From assembly GCA_037381445.1 (NCBI GenBank), contig JARRQT010000063.1, forward strand, positions 1-13,931: 13,931 nt of DNA. Direction: 5' to 3'. Made by a program: the position numbers and the translations under genes. The notes under the pieces are model-generated. The model was not told where the DNA came from. It searched no databases and was given only the letters and a program-made list of their open reading frames with translations. The DNA is from Calditrichia bacterium. GTDB taxonomy: Bacteria; Calditrichota; Calditrichia; RBG-13-44-9. The stretch's first letter is position 1. Each line of letters starts with the position of its first letter. Below are positions 1 to 9,065 of this stretch, piece after piece.

Positions 1-2264
1 TGATCGCCCTCCCGGGTAACGGTGATGGTGATTCCCTGCCCCAGTTCATATTCACCGGTGTACTGATCGTATGATGCTGGATCGAGTTCTGCCGGGATTT
101 CTTCTTCAATCCGGGGCACTTTCAGTTCTCGCCCGCCCTGATAATGAATGGCATGCCGGACCTCACCCGTTTCATCGCGGACAAATTGAATGCGGGCTTC
201 CGTCACCTTCCAGAAAAATTCGTTTTCGGACCGCGGAAAGATTTCAAACTTGGGCTGCCCGCTCAGTTGGGCAAACAGGTGACCTTCTTCATTGGTTACT
301 GTCAAGATAGCGCCACCCGGGTATTCGAATTTTCCGGCATAATCATCGAAAAGTTTGGGATCGGCGGAGGCATCCACCGCATAGGAAATTGTTTTGTCCA
401 TCTGGTCCCACAGATATATCGCAGCAATATCCTGCGCTGCTGCGGAGGGGCCGAGATCTGGCAACGGAGGGGCCGCATTTGTCAGCACTACCACCGTGAG
501 ATTCTGCTCGGGATAACGGGACAGCTGGGAAATGAAACCGTGCAGACCGCCGCCATGGGATATTTCCTTCAGTCCCCGCACTTCCCCGATTCCCCAGCCG
601 TAACCATACCCGCCGGAAGCAAGGGTCTGCGGAAGAGTGCCGTTACTGAGCAACGCGGGCGTAAAAGCCGCCCGGAGGCTGGATTCGCCTAAAATCTTTC
701 CATTAAAAACCGCTTCATTCCATTTGTGAAGGTCTTCCACTGTGGAATAGAGTGCCCCTGCTCCGCCCGCGCGGGACATGTCCCAATCCACCGCCTTTTG
801 AATTTTGCCGTCTATATAAGAATAACCTTCCGCTTCATTTTCCAGAATGAGGTTGTGGCGATGTGTGCCGGTATCTTTCATTCCCAGCGGCTCAAAAAAG
901 TTTTTCTTCAGGTATTCTTCCAGCGGCTGACCAGATATTTTTTTGACGATATAACCCAGAATAAAATAACCGGAGTTGTTATATTTCCAGTTCTCGCCGG
1001 GATTAAAATCGAAAGGATCTTTCTTAATGGATTCAATCAGTTCCTCCGGTTTGACCTCGGAAGCGGCGGTTTTCAGAAAATCCGGATTATCTGTGTAGCT
1101 GTGGATACCGGAAGTGTGGGTCAGAAGGTGATGGATGGTTACCTCATTCCCACGGGGAAAATCGGGAATAAATTTGCTGAGGGTATCCCGGACGCTGAGT
1201 TTCCTTTCCTCCTGAAGCTTCAGGATAGCGGCCGCGGTGAACTGCTTGGAAACAGAGCCGATACGGAATTTGGTTTGGGAGGTGATCGGGATATGATATC
1301 CCAGATTGGCATACCCGAAGCATTTTTCATACAGAGTTTCTCCGTTCCGGGATACCAGCACCGCGGCACCGGGATAATTATCCTTTATGGCCTTTTTGAA
1401 GATGGCGTCCACAAGGATTTCTTTGCCGGGCATTGGGATGCCGGAATCCGCTCCCTTCTCAAGGAGCAGTTTCTCCACATCTTCACGCCCGTAAATTTTT
1501 GCGGCGTGCAGCGCAGTTATACCCGGATCGATCTTCGCATTCACATGCACGCCATTATCCAGCAATACGCGCAGATTGTCCAGATTTCCCCGCTTTGCGG
1601 CCTCCACCATTTTGCCCTGCAGGGTGGAAGGTCCCAGCATGCGACAGGAAAAGGACCAGGCCTGTTCCATATTCTGGATTTTCAGCAGAAGCTGATTCCT
1701 GCCTTTTTCCACAGCCAGCGGTACGATGTCATCATCTTTTCTTGTGGCCCGGCCAATCCAGTTGTCGTGGACCAGTTTACCGTTCAGCCAGATCCGGATG
1801 CCGTCATCGCTTCCGATGCCCAGCAGTATTATTTGGGGCTCCGGCATCTGAAACTCTGCCCAGGCATATGCAATCACGAAATTGGTGTCGCCAAACGTTT
1901 TGGCCAGATCAACAATATCTTCTTTTGATTCAACCGGCTGCCAGGAATAATTTTTCTCACCAATTTTCAATGATCTGCGTTCAAGGCTGGCGCCGATGGC
2001 CTTAATATTCACCAGCTCATCCCGGAAAGCTTTCCGCTGGGTATCGGTGTCCGCAGGATCGGGCTTGCCGGAGAAAACCGGCACGGGGCCCGCAACCATC
2101 CAGCGCGTCATAAATTCATCCGGCTGCAGGGTGCCATATAATGCCTTTTGGGGAGTCGTCTTGCTGTCAGCCGCACTTGACGCAGAATTCGGCGTCAGCA
2201 GCAGAGCGAAGATAAAAATCAATGCATAAAAAATTCCGTAGGATTTGAAGATGTTTGAAAACAT
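1..2264 (-). CDS. Secreted beta-lactamase-family (peptidase S12 / class C-like) serine hydrolase with N-terminal PA14-like domain, ankyrin repeats and C-terminal DUF3471-like repeats; 3' end runs off the left edge (>=754 aa)
   Basis: Translated by hand. ATG at 2264-2262 follows AAAGGAG, and the frame is open to the window edge. It begins with a signal peptide (MFSNIFKSYGIFYALIFIFALLLTPNSASSA). Motifs in order: LGIGSDDGIRIWLNG, ankyrin-like GITALHAAKIYGREDVEKLLLEKGAD, FRIGSVSK (SxxK, 1245-1256), LLTHTSG, YNNSGY (YxN, 966-983), HGGGLHG (~537-557), then two D-x-Y-x-G-x-Y/F repeats. The + strand ORFs 144..692 and 726..1928 are its in-register antisense shadows. Confidence 0.93.
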   Translation of the reverse strand, partial: MFSNIFKSYGIFYALIFIFALLLTPNSASSAADSKTTPQKALYGTLQPDEFMTRWMVAGPVPVFSGKPDPADTDTQRKAFRDELVNIKAIGASLERRSLKIGEKNYSWQPVESKEDIVDLAKTFGDTNFVIAYAWAEFQMPEPQIILLGIGSDDGIRIWLNGKLVHDNWIGRATRKDDDIVPLAVEKGRNQLLLKIQNMEQAWSFSCRMLGPSTLQGKMVEAAKRGNLDNLRVLLDNGVHVNAKIDPGITALHAAKIYGREDVEKLLLEKGADSGIPMPGKEILVDAIFKKAIKDNYPGAAVLVSRNGETLYEKCFGYANLGYHIPITSQTKFRIGSVSKQFTAAAILKLQEERKLSVRDTLSKFIPDFPRGNEVTIHHLLTHTSGIHSYTDNPDFLKTAASEVKPEELIESIKKDPFDFNPGENWKYNNSGYFILGYIVKKISGQPLEEYLKKNFFEPLGMKDTGTHRHNLILENEAEGYSYIDGKIQKAVDWDMSRAGGAGALYSTVEDLHKWNEAVFNGKILGESSLRAAFTPALLSNGTLPQTLASGGYGYGWGIGEVRGLKEISHGGGLHGFISQLSRYPEQNLTVVVLTNAAPPLPDLGPSAAAQDIAAIYLWDQMDKTISYAVDASADPKLFDDYAGKFEYPGGAILTVTNEEGHLFAQLSGQPKFEIFPRSENEFFWKVTEARIQFVRDETGEVRHAIHYQGGRELKVPRIEEEIPAELDPASYDQYTGEYELGQGITITVTREGD

Positions 2265-2593
2265 GATGCTGCTCCTTTTTTATGATTTCATATTGTTTTG
2301 TCTTATTCAAAGCAATATCCGGAAGCAGTCTCACCGTTCAAATTTCTTTCAGCTCAAAGCCAGGTAAAGTTTACGGAAAAAGAAGGAATTATCAAACGAC
2401 AAACGGATTGGAAAGAAAATAAACTAAGACAAATGTGCGGATGCTTTTACTGAAAATATCGTTTAGGTATTGATCTTCGCACCCGGAAAATGATTTTGAT
2501 ATTCATATTTGTGAATTATCTTTTTTTAAATAAAAAGATATGATAATTTTTAATGGCAGACGAGATACGGCTAAATTGGGGAGATTTTCAACA

Positions 2594-3268
2594 ATGATGC
2601 CGAAGGTTATCATTCATAATATTATCAATGTGGATGGCCGGATTGACGGATTTACCACGGATGCCGGGCTGTATTACAAACTGGCCGCCAAATTTGAACC
2701 GGATGTTCATCTGGCGGGCAGCCGGACCATATTCAATCCGGAAGAGCAAATCCCGCAGGAGACGCCCGATGATTACCGCCCTGTCACCCCGGTTCGCGGC
2801 GATAGACGTCCCATACTGGTTGTACCGGACAGCAAAGGACGGGTGTGTAACTGGCACGTTCTGAAAAAAACACCGTACTGGAGAGACTGGATAGCCCTCT
2901 GTTCCCAATCCACGCCGCCGGATTATCTCAACCATCTGAAAAGACTGCATGTAAAATATCTGCTTGCCGGACAGCAGCGGGTGGACCTGAAGACCGCCCT
3001 GCTGAAACTCAACGAGCAATTTGATGCCAAAACAGTTCTGGTGGACAGCGGCGGCACCCTGAACGGCGTTTTGCTCAGGCAAGGGCTGGCGAGCGAACTC
3101 AGTCTGCTGCTCAGTCCGCATCTGGTGGGAGGAACTTCTCCCGCATCGATTTTCCGGGCACCGGACCTGCATCGGACCGATGCTCCGATAAACCTGAAAC
3201 TGCGATATTTCGAGACTCTGAAAAATGACGTAATGTGGCTGCGGTATGAAATCATAAAAAATGAATAA
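2594..3268 (+). CDS. Stand-alone RibD C-terminal (DHFR-fold) reductase family protein
   Basis: Motifs PKVIIHNIINVDGRI, DVHLAGSRTI, VVPDSKGR, VDSGGTLNGVLL and ELSLLLSPHLVGG match RibD_C / archaeal pyrimidine reductase-like proteins. There is no deaminase domain. The start was placed at ATG 2594 (or 2597) after GGGAG rather than at 2540. Confidence 0.85.
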   Translation: MMPKVIIHNIINVDGRIDGFTTDAGLYYKLAAKFEPDVHLAGSRTIFNPEEQIPQETPDDYRPVTPVRGDRRPILVVPDSKGRVCNWHVLKKTPYWRDWIALCSQSTPPDYLNHLKRLHVKYLLAGQQRVDLKTALLKLNEQFDAKTVLVDSGGTLNGVLLRQGLASELSLLLSPHLVGGTSPASIFRAPDLHRTDAPINLKLRYFETLKNDVMWLRYEIIKNE

Positions 3269-3342
3269 TCGCAGATGATGTTTTTTATAGATTTATTGAA
3301 TCTAATAAACGAGCGCAGATATAAAACCAGAGTGTGATTCTC

Positions 3343-4104
3343 ATGTATTCAAAAGCGATTGTGCGGACACCCTGCTCCGCAATAATTGACGGCCTGACTT
3401 CGGTAAACCTGGGCAAACCCAACTACCGGAAGGCGCTGGTCCAGCATGCGGCGTATGTCAGGGCGCTGGAACAGTGCGGCCTGGAGGTCACTATCATGGA
3501 GCCGGATGACCGCTTTCCCGATTCAACCTTTGTGGAGGACACTGCCCTGCTGACTCCCCGATGCGCCATTCTCACATATCCGGGTGCGCCAAGCCGGCGG
3601 GGAGAGGTTGAATCAATTGAACCGGTTATCGCAAAATTCTACGCGAATATCGAACGGATCCGTCCGCCGGGAACACTGGAAGCGGGTGATGTCATGATGG
3701 TCGGCTCCCATTTCTATATTGGCCTTTCCGGCCGCACCAGCCGGGAGGGTGCGGGACAGCTCATCGCGATTTTGCAGAAATATGGCCTGACCGGTTCTGC
3801 GGTGCCCATCGGGGATATGCTGCACCTCAAAACGGGCGTGGCCTATCTGGAGCACAACAACATGCTGGCCACCGGTGAATTTGCACATAGACAGGAATTC
3901 CGCGATTTTAACATTCTCAGGATTGAAGATGATGAAAGCTATGCGGCGAACAGCCTGTGGATTAACGGCACTGTGATCGTTCCCGAAGGATACCCGAAGG
4001 CCAGAAAAACCATCGAGACAGCCGGCTATGAAATTATGGAAGTGGATGTTTCCGAATTCCGCAAAATCGATGGCGGTTTGAGCTGCCTTTCCCTGCGGTT
4101 TTAA
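3343..4104 (+). CDS. ddaH: N(G),N(G)-dimethylarginine dimethylaminohydrolase (amidinotransferase / pentein superfamily)
   Basis: FPDSTFVEDTA, PGAPSRRGE, LEAGDV, HLKTG (catalytic His) and C-terminal DGGLSCLSLRF (catalytic Cys) follow the Pseudomonas DDAH pattern. Likely start is MYSKAIVRTP at 3343; the ORF track uses GTG 3334. Confidence 0.92.
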   Translation: MYSKAIVRTPCSAIIDGLTSVNLGKPNYRKALVQHAAYVRALEQCGLEVTIMEPDDRFPDSTFVEDTALLTPRCAILTYPGAPSRRGEVESIEPVIAKFYANIERIRPPGTLEAGDVMMVGSHFYIGLSGRTSREGAGQLIAILQKYGLTGSAVPIGDMLHLKTGVAYLEHNNMLATGEFAHRQEFRDFNILRIEDDESYAANSLWINGTVIVPEGYPKARKTIETAGYEIMEVDVSEFRKIDGGLSCLSLRF

Positions 4105-4180
4105 TCGCACCCTGAAATTGCTGTAAGACAATTGGAAGAAACTGTTTTGAGATGCGATAAAGAAAATGATGCGGTGAGAA

Positions 4181-4888
4181 ATGATGATTGAAAAAATCCG
4201 GGCAGAGATGGAAGGCCTGGCTGATGCGGAACAGGCCGCTTTTTTGAGCCGCTATTTCAAAACCGGTCCCGGCGAATATGGGGAGGGTGATGTTTTTCGC
4301 GGCATCAGGGTGCCGGTGACCCGTTCCCTGGCTAAAAAGTATAAGGTTGTTTCGTTATCGGAGGCCGAACTACTGCTGCATTCCCGCTTTCATGAAGACC
4401 GGCTGCTGGCCCTCTTTCTGCTCGTTGGGATGTATCCAAAAAGCAGCGGGAAGGCCAGGGAGGATATTTTCAGGCTCTATCTAAACAATACCCGCTTTAT
4501 CAATAATTGGGATCTGGTGGATTCTTCCGCTGAACATATCGTGGGAGCTTTTCTGTTTGATAAGGAAAGAGGCCTGCTCGTTCAACTGGCGCATTCCGAA
4601 ATACTCTGGGAACGGCGCATCGCCATCATGTCCACTTTCCATTATATCAAAAAGCAGTTGTTTGATGATACCCTCCGCATTGCCCGTATTCTTCTGCGCG
4701 ATCCTGAGGACCTCATTCACAAGGCGGTGGGATGGATGCTGCGTGAAATCGGCAAACGCGATACGGCGGCTGAAGAAAATTTCCTGATGGCCTATTACCG
4801 GGAAATGCCGCGGACCATGCTTCGTTATGCCATTGAAAAGCTGCCCGAAGCCAGAAGGCAGGCCTACCTGAAAGGAACTGTTGAATAG
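4181..4888 (+). CDS. alkD: AlkD-family (HEAT-like repeat) DNA alkylation repair glycosylase
   Basis: YFKTGPGEYGEGDVFRGIRVP, HEDRLLAL, INNWDLVDSSA, LWERRIAI, DLIHKAVGWMLREIGK and MPRTMLRYAIEK are hallmarks of the DNA_alkylation (AlkD-like) family. Confidence 0.9.
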   Translation: MMIEKIRAEMEGLADAEQAAFLSRYFKTGPGEYGEGDVFRGIRVPVTRSLAKKYKVVSLSEAELLLHSRFHEDRLLALFLLVGMYPKSSGKAREDIFRLYLNNTRFINNWDLVDSSAEHIVGAFLFDKERGLLVQLAHSEILWERRIAIMSTFHYIKKQLFDDTLRIARILLRDPEDLIHKAVGWMLREIGKRDTAAEENFLMAYYREMPRTMLRYAIEKLPEARRQAYLKGTVE

Positions 4889-4901
4889 GATTTTGTGGAT
4901 G

Positions 4902-4935
4902 AAACCGGGAGTGCATCTCAAGGAACCTCCGGTTT
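4902..4935 (+). terminator. Possible terminator or 3' stem-loop after alkD
   Basis: aaaccgggagt ... acctccggttt pair 13 nt after the stop codon, followed by pyrimidine-rich sequence. The loop is large and the U-tract weak. Confidence 0.3.
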
Positions 4936-5217
4936 GACTTCCCTCCCTGTTACATATTGCATGCGCGGCATTTCAATTTTTATTCTGCGCCTCCCGATTT
5001 TGCTTTCCGGCAGCGGAAAAAACTCTTAATTTACCGGTTGATTTAAGCGCAGCCGGTCCGGCACATCCCGGGCGGTACAAATATCTTTCCGGTTTCTCCG
5101 CGGTTACCCGATGGATCATTCTCAAAATTCACATACCGGTGCTGGCAACAAAAAATTTTAGCCACTTAATTTCAATGGGGGGAAATAATGGCCAGGAGAG
5201 AAGAGGGAGCGGTGACC

Positions 5218-6213
5218 ATGAAACGGTTTATTATCATCAATTTCACGCTTGCGGTAATTATTGTTCTAACTTTACTGGTGAGGTCGCCCATGCGGGACTC
5301 GGAGCATATTCAGGAGGGCATGATAAAAACAAACGGTGTTGAGCTTTATACCAAAATTGTCGGAAGAGGGGAGCCGGTGGTCATTTTGCATGGCGGTCCC
5401 GGTCTTGATCACATTCACATGCTGCCTTTTCAGATTCTGGCCGATCAGTGTCAGGTCATTTTTTATGATCAGCGGGCCGCCGGAAATTCAACCGGCGCGG
5501 CGGATGCGGCTTCAATTACCGTGGCAAATTTTGTGGAAGACCTGGAAGGACTGCGCGAGAACCTCAACCTGGATAAGATTCACCTGCTGGGACATTCCTG
5601 GGGCGCCAGCCTGGCCCTCCATTATGCAGTTAAATATCCCTGGAATCTTGCTTCCCTCATCCTGCTGTCGCCGTCCGCCGGATCGCAATTCAATGATCAA
5701 TTCTTCCGGAATATTCAGTCAAAGACTTCCCCGCAGGATCGCGAAATTTTAAAGAAAATCTCCGAATCGGAAGAATTCAGGAATTCCGGGACGGAGGCCA
5801 TCCAAAAGTATTACCGGATTTCCATCAAACCGTTTTTTTATGATCCCGCGAAGGCGGACCTTCTGGATCTGAACTTTGGGAAGAACACTTACAAAAATCA
5901 ATCAAAAGTGGCCTCCCTCCTGTTTCAGAATCTGGGAACGTATGATCTGCATCCCCGGCTGTCCGTTATCAATTGTCCCGTTTTGATTATTCACGGGGAT
6001 TCTGATCCCCTGCCGGTGGAGGCGGCCTATACGGTGCATAAATCCATTGCCGAGTCCCGGATCATTATTTTAAAAAACAGCGGTCATTTTACTTTTATCG
6101 AATCGCCGCAGGAGGTGTTCTCTGCGCTCCGGAGTTTTTTGCGGGATGACGAATCAGTGCAGAGTTCCATTCCCCCGGATATCGAGCGGCGGCTGAATGC
6201 CGTAAAACAATGA
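5218..6213 (+). CDS. Alpha/beta hydrolase, proline iminopeptidase-like (S33), with N-terminal hydrophobic anchor or signal
   Basis: LHGGPG oxyanion motif, FYDQR, GHSWG nucleophile elbow, HGDSD and NSGHF. The start at 5218 follows GAGGGAG and gives MKRFIIINFTLAVIIVLTLLV (basic then hydrophobic). Confidence 0.88.
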   Translation: MKRFIIINFTLAVIIVLTLLVRSPMRDSEHIQEGMIKTNGVELYTKIVGRGEPVVILHGGPGLDHIHMLPFQILADQCQVIFYDQRAAGNSTGAADAASITVANFVEDLEGLRENLNLDKIHLLGHSWGASLALHYAVKYPWNLASLILLSPSAGSQFNDQFFRNIQSKTSPQDREILKKISESEEFRNSGTEAIQKYYRISIKPFFYDPAKADLLDLNFGKNTYKNQSKVASLLFQNLGTYDLHPRLSVINCPVLIIHGDSDPLPVEAAYTVHKSIAESRIIILKNSGHFTFIESPQEVFSALRSFLRDDESVQSSIPPDIERRLNAVKQ

Positions 6214-6442
6214 ATTGAAATTCCCAATAATTTTTAATGCTGTCCGCCCGGCCGAAATCTGAGAAGCGGGCATTGTCCCAGAATTGCGGCTCATGACAGA
6301 TTGATTTCTGAAAACAGCACCCTTTATTTTCAATTACGGGACCGGCCGATTGCTTCAAATCTGCATCCCCGGGCCTTTTGATTTCAGCGTTTTCTCCCCC
6401 CTCTCAAACCTTCTGTCGATATGATGCAATATCTTCATTTTC

Positions 6443-6482
6443 CCTTCATATTGAATTCATAGAATCAATTCAGATATGAAGG
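6443..6482. promoter_or_regulatory. 15-bp imperfect inverted repeat upstream of the ABC1 kinase gene
   Basis: ccttcatat-tgaatt [9-nt loop] aattca-g-atatgaagg, ending 74 nt before ATG 6557. Function unknown. Confidence 0.4.
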
Positions 6483-6556
6483 AGAGCGGAATATATATTG
6501 TTCCGCCGGATAAGAAAATTATTCCCGGATAAACCGGATCATCGGATAGAAACCAA

Positions 6557-8239
6557 ATGATGATATTATTCCGCCATTTTAAACGCTATCGGCAAATCCT
6601 GCTTACATTGGCCAGGCACGGATTGGGCTGGCTGATGATAAAAATGGGGCTGGTAAGATTTGTGCGCTTCTACTGGCGAATGCTGGGAAGAAAGAAGGAA
6701 GCGGGCTATTCTGCCCCGGCGCACCTGCGTATGGCCTTTGAGGAACTGGGCGTTACCTTTATAAAAATGGCCCAGATTCTGAGTACCCGCCCGGACCTGA
6801 TTTCCCCGGCCTATGCCGATGAGCTGGCTTTGCTGCTGGATGAGGTCCCGCCGCTGCCGTTTGAAGAAATCCACAAAGTCCTTGATGAAGAATTGAAACG
6901 GCCTTTTGAGGAAGTGTTCCCTGAATTTGAGAAGACGCCCGTGGCCTCTGCTTCCATTGGGCAGGTATACCGGGCGACGATGGTTAATGGCAGAAAAGTG
7001 GTGGTCAAAATCCAGCGGCCGAACATCCGGCAGCAGATTTCGGAAGATATGGATATCCTGCGGGATTTTGTGGATACCATCACCAAACGCACCGAATTGA
7101 GCGAGACATACGATCTGATGGGATTCTTGGGCGAATTTTCATTCTATCTGACCAACGAACTTGATTATATCCGCGAAGGGCAGAATGCCGATCAGTTCAG
7201 GGCCCAGTTTCAGGAGGAACCGCGAATCTACATCCCTAAAATCTACTGGGAATATACCACCGTCCGGGTGCTGGTAATGGAGGAGATCAGGGGGATCAAG
7301 GTGAACCGGTTGGATCATGCCGAGAATGCGAACCTGCTGGACCGTAAAGCAATTGCGGAGGCGGCGGTTGACATCACCTTTCAGGAGATTTTCAAACACG
7401 GCTATTTCCATGCCGACCCGCATCCGGGTAATTTTGTTATCCGGGACGACCAGACCCTGGGTTTGATGGACTTTGGGATGGTCGGGTATCTGGATAACCG
7501 GAAGAAGGAAGCTTTCATCCGTTTCATTTATCAGATGGTGAAGGGCGAAACCGAAGAAATGTTGGATGCCATGTGGGATCTGGGCATGGCAGGGAAGTTT
7601 TCCAACCGTCCGGCCCTGAAGCGGGACATGAACCATCTCCTGCAGCGCTTCAAGGGACGTTCCATGGGGGAAATCGCTGCAGGGGAATTTCTGCGGGAAC
7701 TCATGGGGATTGCCTACCGCCATCAGGTATATTTCCCGCCCGATCTGGCGCTGCTGCTGAAAGTGCTCATGATGAGCGAGGGACTGGGTGCGATGATCGA
7801 TCCCGAATTCAACTTCTTTGAGTTTGCCGAACCTTACCTGAAGAATTTGTATCGCGATCTGTTTTCCCCGGAGAATCTGGCGAAAAAGGCGCAAGAGGAT
7901 GTGGTTCATTTGCTTCAGCTTGCCAACGGACTTCCCAAACGGCTGTCTCATCTGCTGCAGCGGCTGGAGTTGGGGGACATCCAATTTACTGCCAGACATG
8001 CCGGGCTGGAACGGGACGTGGAGCAGGTTTACAGCGCAGTCGATCGCCTCACCATCAGCATTTTGCTTACGCTGTTTTTGATCGCCCTGGGGATTTATAT
8101 TCTTGCCGGGCATTTTATGGGATTCGGCTTTTTCCTGGTCCACATACTATTGGCGCTCTTCGTCATTTCGGGATTTGTCACGCTCCGGATTCTTTACAAT
8201 ATCCTGAGGCAGAAGAAATTCAGAATCCGGCGGCGATGA
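6557..8239 (+). CDS. ABC1/AarF/UbiB-family atypical protein kinase with two C-terminal TM helices
   Basis: LRMAFEELGVTFIKMAQILSTRPDL (KxGQ-like motif, here KMAQ), ASASIGQVY, VVKIQRP, ELDYIREGQN, FHADPHPGN and DFGMVG. The C-terminus is hydrophobic. Confidence 0.95.
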   Translation: MMILFRHFKRYRQILLTLARHGLGWLMIKMGLVRFVRFYWRMLGRKKEAGYSAPAHLRMAFEELGVTFIKMAQILSTRPDLISPAYADELALLLDEVPPLPFEEIHKVLDEELKRPFEEVFPEFEKTPVASASIGQVYRATMVNGRKVVVKIQRPNIRQQISEDMDILRDFVDTITKRTELSETYDLMGFLGEFSFYLTNELDYIREGQNADQFRAQFQEEPRIYIPKIYWEYTTVRVLVMEEIRGIKVNRLDHAENANLLDRKAIAEAAVDITFQEIFKHGYFHADPHPGNFVIRDDQTLGLMDFGMVGYLDNRKKEAFIRFIYQMVKGETEEMLDAMWDLGMAGKFSNRPALKRDMNHLLQRFKGRSMGEIAAGEFLRELMGIAYRHQVYFPPDLALLLKVLMMSEGLGAMIDPEFNFFEFAEPYLKNLYRDLFSPENLAKKAQEDVVHLLQLANGLPKRLSHLLQRLELGDIQFTARHAGLERDVEQVYSAVDRLTISILLTLFLIALGIYILAGHFMGFGFFLVHILLALFVISGFVTLRILYNILRQKKFRIRRR

Positions 8240-8519
8240 ATAGTGTCATCAGGCTTCCGGAGATAAAAAAATGGGAGTCTGGCAGATACACATTATTCAG
8301 CAAATGCAGGAGTTATCATAGAATTTTCAGCAACATGGCCCTGCAATTATCTGGCAATTTTCTTTGCCCGGGTGTGTCGCTTAAAAAATTACAGAGTATT
8401 GGGCGAGAGATGCACAGTTAAGGCATGATGTTTGAAATATTATCAGAAAAAAATAAAAATCATGAAAAGTTTTCCGGAAACCTTCGTTAAAAAAACGGAC
8501 AAAAAGTTGGGAACTACCT

Positions 8520-8942
8520 ATGGAAACCGAGATCGGGCGGGTAAAAGCCGTCCAGGGCAATGACGCGGTCATTTCACTGCAGTCAAATTCACGCTGCGGT
8601 GCATGCAGCGCCAAGTTTTCCTGCGCGCTTGGGGAGGCCATGTCTCGTGAAATCACCATCCCGAATACCCTGCATTGCAGCGTAGGCAACAAGGTGGAAA
8701 TCAGTTACAAATCATCGTCAAAAATATTATCGACCTTCGTCATTTTCCTGCTGCCCATCGTGCTGCTGCTGGCAGGCTATTTCCTGGGTTCTTATGAATT
8801 CGATACCCAGAATATGGGGATTCTGGGATCGGTCGCAGGGCTCATTGCGGGCGCAATCCTGCTGTGGGTGCTCAATCGTTTTCTGCCCCGAACCAATACC
8901 TTTAAACCGCAGATGATCCGAAAAATAGCCGCATCTTCCTAA
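8520..8942 (+). CDS. rseC: RseC/MucC family membrane protein (SoxR-reducing-system type)
   Basis: N-terminal E-x-G-x-V, then CGACSAKFSC (CxxCxxxxxC), VGNKVEI, FLLP and two C-terminal TM helices. The 140-aa length is typical of the family. Confidence 0.82.
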   Translation: METEIGRVKAVQGNDAVISLQSNSRCGACSAKFSCALGEAMSREITIPNTLHCSVGNKVEISYKSSSKILSTFVIFLLPIVLLLAGYFLGSYEFDTQNMGILGSVAGLIAGAILLWVLNRFLPRTNTFKPQMIRKIAASS

Positions 8943-9065
8943 CAGCATCGTTGTTTTGTTCTTCATGGAATCTTCACCCGCTGCCCCTATTTTAATAGCA
9001 GGCAAGTTGGGGAATAAGAAGTTTGGTGTTCGTGATTTCAAAGTTGAGTGAAGGGAGGATACACC

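Noticed and set aside
1245..1256. Calling the S12 protein an antibiotic-resistance beta-lactamase (ampC)
   Set aside because: It has HGG rather than the AmpC KTG triad and several extra domains. Family membership alone does not show beta-lactam hydrolysis.
144..1928. Long + strand ORFs 144..692 (182 aa), 726..1928 (400 aa) and 1433..2005
   Set aside because: Antisense shadows of the minus-strand S12 hydrolase, which has an RBS, a signal peptide and full catalytic motifs. The + translations show no family motifs.
7139..8143. 334-aa minus-strand ORF
   Set aside because: Lies wholly antisense to the well-supported ABC1 kinase and has no recognisable motifs.
6557..8239. Assigning ubiB and a ubiquinone pathway role
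   Set aside because: No ubiE/ubiJ neighbours. ABC1 kinases are widespread outside ubiquinone producers, so only the family call is supported.
8236..8421. 61-aa ORF overlapping the ABC1 stop (ATGA), and similar short ORFs at 10814..11011 and 13661..13843
   Set aside because: No motifs or clear RBS, and the latter two overlap supported genes in another frame or strand. The ATGA overlap alone is insufficient.
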